From: an uncultured delta proteobacterium
Lineage (GTDB): Bacteria; Desulfobacterota; Binatia; UBA9968
DNA length: 64,000 nt
NCBI GenBank assembly: GCA_963760795.1
Contig: CAVXEP010000030.1
Location: 96,001 to 160,000 of the forward strand
Direction of reading: 5' to 3'
Shown here: positions 10,667 through 20,425 of the stretch, one piece after another
Position numbering within the stretch: the stretch's first letter is position 1
How the letters are laid out: every line of letters starts with the position of its first letter
Notes under the pieces: model-generated
Told to the model about the DNA's origin: nothing
Databases searched by the model: none
The model's input: the letters and a program-made list of their open reading frames with translations, nothing else
Program-made: the position numbers and the translations under genes

Positions 10667-11313
10667 GCGCTCGCAAGCCGGCCCAACGCTTCATCGATGG
10701 CGCGACGGAGTTTGAAAAGATTCTGCCTCAAAACATTGTAGTGGTTAATGAGACCCTCGAATTGCAGAACCTCGTCCGACGAAGCGGGGGGAGTCATACT
10801 CTCGAAGGTTTTCAAGGCAGCGCCGCGCGCGGCGAGAGTGTCGCCTAGGGCGAGGCGCTCTTCGGTGGAAAGGGCGACGCTGAATGGCTGCCCGCCTTTC
10901 TCCGAAAAAGTTCTGACCTGGCTCACCGCTTCGGACACGGTACTGATCTGAGGCAAGACATTATTGTCCCAGTAATTCTTCCTTTGCGCCGGCGTTCTGG
11001 ATGGGTCCCTAGCGATCTTGACGAAAAACTCGAACTGGCTTACCAGCGTGGTCTGCTCGAGGAATAATATGTCTAGTTGATCTTTTAACTTTTGCAGCTG
11101 GCTCCTCGCCGAAATTCGCTGGGCGGGCGGCAAGCTATCGAACCTGGTGTTATCGAGGCCGATCGCGGCCTGTAGGACCAGTGACGCTGCAGCATTGAAA
11201 TATTTGGTGAGGTCACTCCAGGCTTCAGAAAAAAGCGTTGCTGCCATGGCGCTGCTGGCCGACGTAATCAACGCCGCAAGTAAAAGCTGATGCAGCCGAC
11301 GCTTAAACTTCAT
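10663..11313 (-). CDS. Secreted alpha-helical hypothetical protein
   Basis: Signal peptide MKFKRRLHQLLLAALITSASSAMA; stop overlaps the TIR start (GTGA at 10663-10666). Confidence 0.7.
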   Translation of the reverse strand: MKFKRRLHQLLLAALITSASSAMAATLFSEAWSDLTKYFNAAASLVLQAAIGLDNTRFDSLPPAQRISARSQLQKLKDQLDILFLEQTTLVSQFEFFVKIARDPSRTPAQRKNYWDNNVLPQISTVSEAVSQVRTFSEKGGQPFSVALSTEERLALGDTLAARGAALKTFESMTPPASSDEVLQFEGLINHYNVLRQNLFKLRRAIDEALGRLASA

Positions 11314-11516
11314 CGCAGACCCTTTCTGCCAGAGCGGCGCATGGTCGCAAAGCGATGCCAAAAAACCCACGGGAGATCTTATCCCGCAAAATCTGCCGGT
11401 GAATTCAGCCACAAATAATATAATGGCAGACGTCAGAAGGGAAACCCGCGCGAGGATCGATTCTGCGGCAAGGTCGAAGCGGCATTTGGGGCAAGAAAAC
11501 CTCTTCGCCGCGCCGA

Positions 11517-11625
11517 CTGCGGCCTAGACGGCCGCGTCCATCGGCAAATCGCCTGCGCCAAGCCGCACGCCCTGCGCGACGGCGCGGCAATCGCGAGCTA
11601 GAAACTGTCGAGTTGAAGCCAAAAG
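11517..11625 (+). repeat. Dispersed repeat family A, copy 3
   Basis: TGCGGCCTAG..CGGCCGCGTCCA.CGGCAAATCGC and GCGCGACGGC.CGGC.ATCGCGAGC shared with 25824-25905. Confidence 0.75.
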
Positions 11626-11646
11626 TGCTGGCTGCGTTCGGGTGTA

Positions 11647-11677
11647 GGGAGTTTGTCCAGGTAGTTAGCTACGTCCC
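11647..11677 (+). repeat. 3'-end scar of a RAYT-like element (SLSR* followed by TTAGCTACGTCCC)
   Basis: Matches the end of the RAYT C-terminal fragment at about 18993 and similar TAGTCAAC..CGTCCC motifs near 17655-17670 and 32682-32708 (minus strand). Confidence 0.45.
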
Positions 11678-11741
11678 TTGATTCTCCTTAATTCTTTTCT
11701 TCTGTGGTATTCTTGCGGCCAAACATTGCAGGCCGACCGAT

Positions 11742-12500
11742 ATGCAAGCCGAACATTTCGATGTTTATGACATCGATGGAACTCTGACGATACCAGGCCA
11801 TGACCTTTGGTATCTGTGCACGAGGAATCTTTCCGCGGATAAAGATCTGTTCGACAGGTATGTTGCCCAATGGAAGAGCGAAATTCACAATGGGATGGCT
11901 CCTTTTGATCGTTCTCTGACAATGATGAAGAGAGGCTTGGCACTTCTCGAAAATAGTGTCAGCTCAGAGCTGGTTGCCGATGAAGTTCAGCGCATAGCCG
12001 GCAATCTTATTGATGAGGAATTAGTCTGGCGAGAGGCGATTGATTTTCTGAAAAGAAGAGTGCGCGCTGGGAGCGGAGCGGTCTTTTCGACCACGAATTA
12101 TCACGAGGGAGCTGTTGGGTTTCTCCATGCTTTGCACCTCAGAGGTTGGATCAGCCAGACGGAATTGAAAAGAATCGTCGTATCGGGTTCGAGAATTGAT
12201 TGGAGCTCCAGGACTGTTGTTCATTTCAATATGGGTCGCAACAAAGTTATCGGTCTGGTGGACGCCTTAGGAATCAGCGAAGAGGCAGTGAAAGCTAAGA
12301 TAGACTACGCTTTCGGGGATGATCCCTTGGGCAGCGACCGAGAGTTGTTGGAGATTGCAGCTTATCCCTACGTCATTAAGAATGAAAAACATCGTCATTT
12401 GAATTTGCCCGCTCGCGTAAAGTTGGTTACGTGGTCAGAGGTTGCAGTAATGTCCGCCTCAGAATCGATGGTGTTGCACAGTGACCCTGCGAGGAAGTAG
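11742..12500 (+). CDS. HAD-superfamily hydrolase/phosphatase
   Basis: Motif I YDIDGTL, motif II FSTT, motif III K (RNKV), motif IV FGDDPLGSD. Confidence 0.8.
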   Translation: MQAEHFDVYDIDGTLTIPGHDLWYLCTRNLSADKDLFDRYVAQWKSEIHNGMAPFDRSLTMMKRGLALLENSVSSELVADEVQRIAGNLIDEELVWREAIDFLKRRVRAGSGAVFSTTNYHEGAVGFLHALHLRGWISQTELKRIVVSGSRIDWSSRTVVHFNMGRNKVIGLVDALGISEEAVKAKIDYAFGDDPLGSDRELLEIAAYPYVIKNEKHRHLNLPARVKLVTWSEVAVMSASESMVLHSDPARK

Positions 12501-12677
12501 CCCGACTCGTCATTCTCTGTCAGAGCAGTGACTCCCCCCACGCATTGTGAGGATAATACTAAGCACAAAGCAGGTGGAATTTTTTTCCCCGAGCTCAAAC
12601 CAGGGTCGGGCCCGTATTGTTCCAGTCTTGCGGATAAGCGATATACTCTAAACGTCGGTTCTTTGGGAGCTGTCTAT

Positions 12678-12863
12678 ATGGAAGCGGAAGATCTCGCCAA
12701 ACGCGTTCGCGACGCATGCCTGGAAGCGCTCCTTCAAGCCTACGAGGATGCGGGTATGCAGGGACTCTGTGCGGAAGGGCGTTGGGAAGCAGCTGTCGGC
12801 GCGCTGAAGACAATTGAACTGGCGCCGCTGTTGCGTGAGTTCAAACACCCGTCAGCAGATTGA
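12678..12863 (+). CDS. Small conserved hypothetical protein (61 aa)
   Basis: GGGAG RBS; VRDACLEALLQAYEDAGMQGLCAEGRWEAAVGAL, a pattern I recall from a family of small bacterial proteins. Confidence 0.65.
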   Translation: MEAEDLAKRVRDACLEALLQAYEDAGMQGLCAEGRWEAAVGALKTIELAPLLREFKHPSAD

Positions 12864-12975
12864 TCGGCTTGATCCATAATCACCAACGCTCAGGCAAGCT
12901 GCTAATTCTACGATCATGGAGCATAGATGATACGGAATTTATTGCTGGTCGCAAACACGAGTACGCGCAGCCCGC

Positions 12976-14308
12976 TTATTGCGTCAAACGCATTTGCGTC
13001 GACAAGGTGTAACTCAAGCCGTCGACTTCGTATTCAAGCTCACCGAAAAAGGCCAGACGGCCTTGCTCCGGCCGCGCGACTTCGCCGATCACCCTGCCGT
13101 CTGCAACGCGCAGATTTTCCTGCCGCCATTCGGTCGTGCGGAAATCGCTGCTGGCTGATCGGGCGACCCATAGTCTCGCGCTACGCGGCGCAGGCGTCGC
13201 GTCGATGATCAAGCGCAGTTTGCCGTCGGCGTTTTCGTGCCGCCAGCGTAAGCTCGGCATCGCCGTACCGTTGATCTGATGGCGCGTGAAGGCGGCGAGG
13301 CCGGCGATCAGGTCGTTCAATTGCTCGCTCGGCGGGCGGTCTTGGCGTCGCAGATTATGTTCCGCGTTGGGAAGATAGAGCACCCATTTGTCATTCGGGA
13401 TGCCGTCCCAATATAGGTTCAACGCGTCGGTGGCCCAGTAAAAATCGTTGGTGCCGTTGACGATCAACTTGGGCATCGTCAGCCGGTCGCGATAGGCCCA
13501 GGGATCGACCATATCCAAAAGTTTTTTACCGGCGGGCGTCTCGGGGATCGGCAGAAGACCGCGGCTGCTGTACGCGATGAGACGCGCGCTATAGGCGCCG
13601 AAAGCTTCGATCTGGCGCGACATCTGCGCGCGCATGTTGAGCACGTCGATGACCACCGGCGCGATGGCGCCGACGCGCCGATCGACCGCGGCTGTCAGCC
13701 AGGTGGTCCAACCGCGCTTCGAAGCGCCGGCGACGATGAACTGGTCGACGGGCGCGTCTCCATTCTTGCTTGCTGAACGCCTGCAAAACGTCCATCGCTT
13801 TGACGACGCTCTTCACCATCGGCAACAGCAGCGGCCAGTTGTCGTCCCCGGACTTGAGGTAACGGACAAAAGTTTCCGCGATCAGGTCGTCTTCGCTCAG
13901 GTTGCCCTCGAGCAACGGCTGATTGGGAATGTGATAAACGAAGGCGACCGGCGCCTTGATCTTGCGCGCCAGCTCGAGCCCTAGGGCGTTCGTTTGCGCC
14001 GACGCCGAGCCGCCGGTCACCCAGAGAAGCATCTTGGCCGCCGGTGTCGCGTCCGCGGGCTGATAAACCTGCAATTGGTGGCGCCACTTCTCTCCCCGCC
14101 AAGTCTGCGACACGAACTGCAGATCGTAAATCCGATCGCCGCTCTGCTCACGCGCGATCTTGGTTTTCACCTGCCACTCGAAAGCGGGCTCAGGCTTGTC
14201 TAGGTATTTTTGTAGGTCGGCGTGGCTATCTGGTGAAATCAAAGTCGCCGCGGCGAACACGCAAAGTGAAAGTAGGATCCTATTCCCAAGGTGGTTTCGG
14301 ACGATCAT
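12976..14308 (-). CDS. pqaA: PhoPQ-activated pathogenicity-related protein PqaA family (secreted alpha/beta hydrolase), one frameshift near 13755
   Basis: LSEDDLIAETF, WPLLLPMVKSVVKAMD; the shifted frame gives FIVAGASKRGWTTWL, contiguous with VIDVLNM...MVDPWAYRDRLTMPKLIVNGTNDFYW. Confidence 0.85.
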
Positions 14309-14689
14309 GGATTCTCCCCTTCTCCGCGTTCAGCGTTTGGCGCACGCAGGTATCTTAACAGTTCTTTCGGTGGATCGAAGGCGAGATAAGGAAGGATCGC
14401 GCTTCAAGCTGTCTCGACAGTTTTTGAATTTCGCTTCCTGATAGGCGTAACGCGCGACCTCTCCGGGCTGCAACAGCGTTGACATCATCTGTAAACCACG
14501 GTTTACGTCGCCGCCAAAGGGCGGTCTATTCTCTTACTGAACTTTTCTTGTGTTTCTCGATATTGTGCGGCAGCGCGCCGTCTTTCATCGTTGGCACGGT
14601 GGCTGCTTATTCTGCTTCTTGTGAACAATAGAGTGCACTGCCCAGCGCAGTTGGGATATTAACTCAAACAGGGAAAGGGGAATCAGATC

Positions 14690-16183
14690 ATGGCTCGAAG
14701 AAGGAGCGTTAGAAGAAAGTTGCCCAAGCTTGGCAAGGAAGGATTCGTCACCAGCACATTCGCAACTCCCGACGTTGAGGATTACGTCGTGGCGGAACTC
14801 CGCTATGAAAGTCCGGTCGCTTACACCAGGTCGCGATTCGTCGCACCTGCGGTCGGTGCGGGCGACGCAAACCGCTTCAACCAAGTGCTAGAGAAATTCG
14901 ACATCAAGGAGATCCGTTCTCAATTCGGATTTCCCGCCGCCCAAGTGCGCAAGCGGGTTCAACTCGCTGCCGCGCTGCCCAGCGACCCCTCCACCAATAT
15001 CCTGAAGGCGAAAGGCGCCGACGCTGAATTTCGTCAGAGCGGCTTCGTTCAGATCATTCCGAAGCGCGGGGAAGATAGTAAAAAACTCGCCGCCGCTCTG
15101 AACCGGGAAAAAGCGGTGTGGAAAGCCTACGTGGCACCGCGGCCGGTGCCCGCGGGCCTATCCGGTAGCAGTCCCGGCACCCGGCTGTTCGAACCGGCGC
15201 AGGGATACCTTTATTCAGCTCCGTTCGGCATCGGCGCGGCCGATGTGTGGAGCCTGGCGGGAGCAAAAGGGAAGGGTATCACAATTTGCGATATCGAAGG
15301 CGCGTGGAATACCAGGCACGAGGATTTGCCCGCGGGTATTACGCTCATCGGCGGAACGATGATCGCTGACATTGGCTGGCGCAACCACGGCACCGCGGTG
15401 CTCGGCGAGATGATCTCGCTGCCAAATAGCAAGGGCTGTGTCGGCATCAGCCACGAGGCCAAGGCAGTCGTCCACTCGGCGGTGATTAACAATGTGTTCA
15501 ATTTAGCCCAGGCGTTGACCAACGCCACCAGCCAATTGAAAAAGGGCGATGCAATTCTGATCGAATTGCAGGCCACTGGACCAAACAATAAATACGTCGC
15601 TATGCAGTACTGGCCGGATATCTTTTCGGCGATCGTAGCGGCGACGGCCAAGGGCATCACGGTGGTCGAAGCCGCCGGCAACGGCAATGAAAATTTCGAT
15701 CTGCCGATCTTCAACAATACCGGCCTGCAGAAAGACAGCGGCGCCGTCGTGGTCGGCGCCGGCATTCCACCATCCAATGCTTTCGACTTCGACGGCGGCG
15801 GCGGTTTCGGTTCGGCGTATCAACAGATCGGCGTGCCGCGCTCGCGCATTTGGTTCTCCAACTACGGCAAAATCGTCAACGTGCAGGGCTGGGGCTTTCA
15901 CGTCGCAACGCTCGCTTACGGCGACATGCAAGGCGACGCTTCGGAGAATAAATGGTATACGCTGCGTTTCTCCGGCACTTCGAGCGCATCACCGATTGTC
16001 ACCGGCGCGGTAGCATGTCTGCAGGGACGGGCCAAGGCTAAAAACGGCGCGCCCTTAACGCCGGCCAAGGTGAGAGCGATTCTGATGCAATCAGGGACGC
16101 CTCAGGTGGCCGGGCCTGGCGTGCCGCTTTCTCAGCGCATCGGCCCCCAGCCCAATCTGGTCAAGGCGATGACGCTTGTCTAA
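14690..16183 (+). CDS. S8 (subtilisin-like) serine peptidase with N-terminal propeptide and no signal peptide
   Basis: Catalytic triad ITICDIEG, NHGTAVLG, FSGTSSASPIVTG; oxyanion motif VEAAGNG. Confidence 0.92.
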   Translation: MARRRSVRRKLPKLGKEGFVTSTFATPDVEDYVVAELRYESPVAYTRSRFVAPAVGAGDANRFNQVLEKFDIKEIRSQFGFPAAQVRKRVQLAAALPSDPSTNILKAKGADAEFRQSGFVQIIPKRGEDSKKLAAALNREKAVWKAYVAPRPVPAGLSGSSPGTRLFEPAQGYLYSAPFGIGAADVWSLAGAKGKGITICDIEGAWNTRHEDLPAGITLIGGTMIADIGWRNHGTAVLGEMISLPNSKGCVGISHEAKAVVHSAVINNVFNLAQALTNATSQLKKGDAILIELQATGPNNKYVAMQYWPDIFSAIVAATAKGITVVEAAGNGNENFDLPIFNNTGLQKDSGAVVVGAGIPPSNAFDFDGGGGFGSAYQQIGVPRSRIWFSNYGKIVNVQGWGFHVATLAYGDMQGDASENKWYTLRFSGTSSASPIVTGAVACLQGRAKAKNGAPLTPAKVRAILMQSGTPQVAGPGVPLSQRIGPQPNLVKAMTLV

Positions 16184-16186
16184 GAA

Positions 16187-16603
16187 ATGATTGCAACCGG
16201 AGAATGGCGGGAGCAGAATGGTATTGTCATGTTTCCCGCTGTTCCGCCGCCGAAAGAGCTGAGTTGCCGGTCCATCGACTTCAAATTGAAGCCGGGCTGG
16301 CGCTTCGATGAGGCGAAGGGCGTTTTCATCGACCGGAGCGGCGTGGAGTTCGCCACGCCGCGGTTGCCGAAAAACAGCCGCGTCCTCTATAAAGTGCCCA
16401 GCCTGGCGCGATCGGCATCCAAAAAACTCTCCGGCGCTGAAAGAGATTTGCAGCGCTACATGCAGGTGATCCTGCCTTCGCCGCGCTCGACCAAATCGGT
16501 TTTGCAGGCCGTCCAATCCCTGCCCGCCGTGGAGGAAGCGCATTTAGCTCCCGAAATCAGCCTGCCGATAGAAAGATCCTCTGAACCAAAGAGCAAGCGT
16601 TAA
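16187..16603 (+). CDS. Hypothetical protein resembling a stand-alone S8 propeptide/inhibitor domain (alternative start 16229)
   Basis: Starts 3 nt after the S8 stop; C-terminus YMQVILP..KSVLQAVQSLPAVEEAHLAP parallels the S8 propeptide end FVQIIP..KKLAAALNREKAVWKAYVAP. Confidence 0.65.
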   Translation: MIATGEWREQNGIVMFPAVPPPKELSCRSIDFKLKPGWRFDEAKGVFIDRSGVEFATPRLPKNSRVLYKVPSLARSASKKLSGAERDLQRYMQVILPSPRSTKSVLQAVQSLPAVEEAHLAPEISLPIERSSEPKSKR

Positions 16604-16735
16604 GACATGGGAAACGGTCAAGCTTATAGCGGCTCAAAGCGCTGATGCTTTGCAAAAGGCTTGCGCAGATTTGGAGCGACGTCGGCCCGGCTTGCTGCGC
16701 GCCTTCGAGGCACGCACCGCTAGAGGAGTTAAGCG

Positions 16736-17632
16736 ATGATAATTTCTGTCGTGAACCACACGAAAGGCAAGCTGTCAGACGAACAGGTGCAGGAAGGTAT
16801 ACGCGCGGTCAACCGCCAGATCGCGCACGATTTCAGGCCATACTGGGACTTCGGGGCGGAGCTCCGGCTGGAAGGGGTCGTCGGCAACGCGCCGGATGAC
16901 GAGAAGCTGCCGGAGCTGCGAGGTGACGCCATCCTTTACCTGTGGGATGAGGTCGATGTTGACGATGCGCTCGGCTACCACGACTTGAACGCGCGCGGTG
17001 TGCCGTTCGGATTCGTGTTCACCGAGCTCGTGAAAGAGCTGAAGGAGCCGTGGACGGTTACCTTTTCCCACGAGGCGCTCGAGCTCCTAGCGGATTCAGA
17101 AGCCAACCTGTTGGTCGCCGGCCCACATCCCGCCGATCCCAAGGAGGAAGTTTTCCATTGGTACGAGATGTGTGACGCGGTGCAGGACGAAAAATACAAG
17201 GTAGACGGCGTGTGGGTGTCGAATTTCGTGCTCCCATTGTACTTCACGCCGGATCCGGAAGCAGGAGGCCGCAACGATTTCCTCGGACGGGTCTACAAGA
17301 AGACCACGTTGAGGTCGTTCGGCATCAACCCGGGTGGATATATCGGTTTCTACAACCCCAAAACCCGAAAGCATGAGACGTTCGCGCTAAAAGCCGACGC
17401 CCGCGCGCGGCAACGCCTCGCCATCAAATCAAAGGCGCAGCTGACGCGACGGTCGATGCGCTACAAGCTTGGCGTCTCCTATCCGGAGCGCATCGAGAGC
17501 ATGGTCACGCGCGCGACACGCGGCCGTAGTGCACAACGCGCCCAGCGTCCGCCACGACGTCCACCCGCTCCGCCTCGCGCGGTCGGAATGATCGACCAGT
17601 CGACCACGCGACCAGGCTTAGGCGTCGACTGA
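16736..17632 (+). CDS. Hypothetical protein with HExxE...ExCD motif (Phi-1/EXORDIUM-like putative metalloprotein)
   Basis: GAGGAG RBS; ALGYH, TFSHEALELLAD, YEMCDAVQ, DGVWVSNFVLP. Confidence 0.7.
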   Translation: MIISVVNHTKGKLSDEQVQEGIRAVNRQIAHDFRPYWDFGAELRLEGVVGNAPDDEKLPELRGDAILYLWDEVDVDDALGYHDLNARGVPFGFVFTELVKELKEPWTVTFSHEALELLADSEANLLVAGPHPADPKEEVFHWYEMCDAVQDEKYKVDGVWVSNFVLPLYFTPDPEAGGRNDFLGRVYKKTTLRSFGINPGGYIGFYNPKTRKHETFALKADARARQRLAIKSKAQLTRRSMRYKLGVSYPERIESMVTRATRGRSAQRAQRPPRRPPAPPRAVGMIDQSTTRPGLGVD

Positions 17633-17706
17633 GCTCAATGACGGGGGAATCAGGCACTGTTGACTAGATCGAAAAAATTCTCGTTAGGCTCTCAATTAGT
17701 GGAGTT

Positions 17707-18645
17707 CTACTTTTTCTGAGGAGAGTAATAGGTATCGAGCAACCGCTGGCGAACCGCCAACTCCCCTCCCGGTAGGGCGTCGAACTTTGTCGTTCCGTCG
17801 GTTTTTTGCAATATCGACCGTCCTGCCGAATCTTGGTGCATCGACAGTAGGGCCTTCTCCAGACCCTTGGCCAGCTCTGGAGCCAAATCTTTTCGAACAG
17901 AGACAAGGTGGCGCGGTAAACTCGCCGTTTCCGCCAAAATGGTTATTTGCGATTTTTTGCTGTCGTCGAGGGCGGCATGGTCATCGTTGCTAAAAGCTCC
18001 GGCGGCGACTTTTTTTGCGAGAACCGAGTCGACGAGTTTCTCCTGAGAACCGGCAAAAATGTAACCGATCTCTCCGCTGGCGACCTTGGCATCGTTTTGA
18101 GTCTTCTGTAAAAGTTTGAACCCCTTTTTCGTGAGATATAGCTTCGGGAGAAAAAAACCTGAAGTCGATTCGGAATCTTCAAAAGCGATGATCTTTCCCT
18201 GAAGGTCTTCGAGACGCTTAATCCCGCCGTTTTTCGTGGTGAAAATCGCGGCGTGGTACTCGGCCATGCCTCCTTTCCAGCGCCTGAGGAGTAATTTACC
18301 CGCGCCGTATACGTTGTTGATCATATGCGTCGGATGGGGGCTCTCCATGTAGAAATCGGCCCTCCTCGCCGAAAGCAGGCTGGCGAGCCGAGACTGCGTC
18401 GAAACGAGCACAATCCTTCCTTCAAGCTTCGACGCGGAGGAAAGTTTTCTCGCCAGATAGCCGACAAAATCCTGAAAATGCGCCTCGATCTCCTTTTGAT
18501 TTGTCTCAGCGACGATTCCTAAAGTAATCGTCTTTGCTTCAGATCTGCCGGGCTTCTGCCCCGCCGCGCCGGAAACCAGGATGATTTCGAAAAGGAGAAT
18601 CGCGGAAAAGATGGCCAGACTGCGAGCCAGTTTCGTCACAAACAT
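17707..18645 (-). CDS. Phosphate/phosphite/phosphonate ABC transporter substrate-binding protein (PhnD family)
   Basis: Signal peptide; LEDLQGKIIAFEDSESTSGFFLP; LPRHLVSVRKDL. Confidence 0.85.
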   Translation of the reverse strand: MFVTKLARSLAIFSAILLFEIILVSGAAGQKPGRSEAKTITLGIVAETNQKEIEAHFQDFVGYLARKLSSASKLEGRIVLVSTQSRLASLLSARRADFYMESPHPTHMINNVYGAGKLLLRRWKGGMAEYHAAIFTTKNGGIKRLEDLQGKIIAFEDSESTSGFFLPKLYLTKKGFKLLQKTQNDAKVASGEIGYIFAGSQEKLVDSVLAKKVAAGAFSNDDHAALDDSKKSQITILAETASLPRHLVSVRKDLAPELAKGLEKALLSMHQDSAGRSILQKTDGTTKFDALPGGELAVRQRLLDTYYSPQKK

Positions 18646-18727
18646 AATTTAACGACCAACCGCTCCTTGGCGTAGGTAATATACAAACGCAATGATCTTA
18701 GCAAGAAAAAACCCGGCACGCCGCGTT

Positions 18728-18856
18728 CCCGGCTTATGGTGTTCCGGCTCAGGGGGTCTGAGACCCGAAGGCGAGTCGCTCAAGGACTGGCGAAACCAAC
18801 ATCTGCAACGAGCACCTTGAACATTGAGCAAGCAGCCTTGATTCTGCGAGCTGTTA
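18728..18856 (+). repeat. Direct repeat B, copy 1 (about 130 bp)
   Basis: CCCGGCTTATGGTGTTCCGGCTCAGGGGGTCTGAGACCCGAAGGCGAGT...GATTCTGCGAGCTGTTA also at 21575-21705. Confidence 0.9.
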
Positions 18857-18885
18857 ACGGGACGTAATTGATTAAATCTAATATT

Positions 18886-18980
18886 CCCCGCAGCTTGTTG
18901 CGGGGACAAAATTGCTGGGGTTTCCAAAGGGGGTTGAACATCCCCTTTGGTCGCGAGCGGGGTTCATACCCCGCTCGCGA
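18886..18980. repeat. Three consecutive hairpins (REP or IS200/IS605-end-like)
   Basis: CCCCGCA/TGCGGGG (18886-18905), CCAAAGGGG/CCCCTTTGG (18924-18950), TCGCGAGCGGGG/CCCCGCTCGCGA (18951-18980). Confidence 0.7.
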
Positions 18981-18992
18981 AATGCCCGGTTG

Positions 18993-19101
18993 ATTTGACA
19001 AACTCCGGCTCAACAACTTCGACACTCCGGACGTCGAAATGCCAACCTGTCGCGCCACCTCGGCCAATCTCCGGGCGATCTCGGCTCTCGCCTGCGCCGG
19101 C
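18993..19101 (-). pseudogene. C-terminal HTH fragment of a RAYT-like Y1 transposase
   Basis: AQARAEIARRLAEVARQVGISTSGVSKLLSRSLS, an HTH of the kind found at the C-terminus of Y1 transposases; no upstream catalytic domain. Confidence 0.55.
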
Positions 19102-19136
19102 GGGTCGAAGTAGGAAGGCGATCCAGGTGGATTATT

Positions 19137-19760
19137 TTAAAACGTTGCCGCGAGTTGTACGGCCGACGCTTTCGCCTTGCATTTGGTGCGGGCGAGCGCG
19201 TCGGCATCCGCCAACGTCGGCGCGACGCTGATCTCGTGAATGTCGGTTACGCCAATGAAATTCAACCACCGGCGCAAATAGGGCTTTTGAAAGTCAGAAG
19301 GATCGCTCACGCCATACTCGCCGGCGCTAGCGTAAACCATCAGCGCTTTTTTTCCGGAAAGGAGACTCTTGTAGCCTTCCGCTCTGGACCACGACCAGTT
19401 CTCTCCGGCAAGGGTTACGACGTCAATGTAATGCTTAAGGCGGTACGGAACACCAAAGTTCCACATCGGCACGCTGAAGATGTATTTGTCGGCGGCATTA
19501 AAGCGCCGCGAAATCCTTTGAACCGCATCCCATCGCACCCGCTGCTCCGAGAGTGAATTCCTGCTTTCGCAAGACGGCGAACTTCGCCTCGATCGTCTCG
19601 GCATCGAACGGCGGCAAGTCCGCGAGCCCAAAGATCGATCGACTTGAAGCTCGTCTTGTGGATGCATCTCTTGGTAAGCTTGCAAGAAAACCTTCGCCAC
19701 GTCGATCGAGTGAGAAGTCGACTTCGCAGGTGAAGCTTCGATATAAAGCAGTCGTGCCAT
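19137..19760 (-). CDS. azoR: FMN-dependent NADH-azoreductase, with compensating indels at about 19550-19650
   Basis: LLYIEASP, ADKYIFSVPMWNFGVPYRLKHYID, DFQKPYLRRWLNFIGV; an offset frame supplies ADLPPFDAETIEAKF. Confidence 0.88.
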   Translation of the reverse strand: MARLLYIEASPAKSTSHSIDVAKVFLQAYQEMHPQDELQVDRSLGSRTCRRSMPRRSRRSSPSCESRNSLSEQRVRWDAVQRISRRFNAADKYIFSVPMWNFGVPYRLKHYIDVVTLAGENWSWSRAEGYKSLLSGKKALMVYASAGEYGVSDPSDFQKPYLRRWLNFIGVTDIHEISVAPTLADADALARTKCKAKASAVQLAATF

Positions 19761-19933
19761 AAGCATGTCCTTTCTTGTTACTATCGTTAAGCCTTCAGCG
19801 GCTTGAGCAGATGCTTGCGAAATGCGGTGAAGATCGGTAGAGAGTCATGCCTTTCTTTCTCAGCCCTCGTGGCGAGGGATCGGAACGCTCTGCGAACAGT
19901 CGTTGGCTTCGTAACCCAACCCCAACATCGGAG

Positions 19934-20425
19934 CTACTCGCCGATGAGGCGCAGGTTGTAGGCCGCTTTGAGGCCGGGAATCCAGTCGTTGAAGAAGTGG
20001 ATGCCGTGCGGCTCGCCAAGGCGATTCAGTTCGTCGAGCCCGATCGGCCCTTGACGCAACCGCTCTCCGAAGTCCTTGAAGAAGCGCTCGAACCCACCTG
20101 GCGTGTACAGCTCGACGAGGCGTGCGGGCTCGGGTCCCCCGTTCCACATGGTGTGGGGGATCCGGCGAGGCTTCAGCACCCAGCTGCCGGGTGTCGCCTT
20201 GACGACCTCATCGCCGACCCGAGCGTGCATCTCCCCCTCGAGCACGTAGAGCCAGACATCGTTCTCGTGCACGTGCGGCGGTAAGAGAAGACCCGGCTCG
20301 AACGGCTGCTCGATGATCGAGATGACGCCGTTTGTCTCCTCGCTGTAAAGCTTGATGATGACGCCGTTAGCGTCGTCACCTTCGTCGCTAGCGACCAGCG
20401 TCTTGCCCTTGATTCGTTCACGCAT
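19934..20425 (-). CDS. Cupin domain protein
   Basis: PPHVHENDVWLYVLEGE, KPRRIPHTMWN, YTPGGFERFF; AAGGAGGT RBS. Confidence 0.85.
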   Translation of the reverse strand: MRERIKGKTLVASDEGDDANGVIIKLYSEETNGVISIIEQPFEPGLLLPPHVHENDVWLYVLEGEMHARVGDEVVKATPGSWVLKPRRIPHTMWNGGPEPARLVELYTPGGFERFFKDFGERLRQGPIGLDELNRLGEPHGIHFFNDWIPGLKAAYNLRLIGE

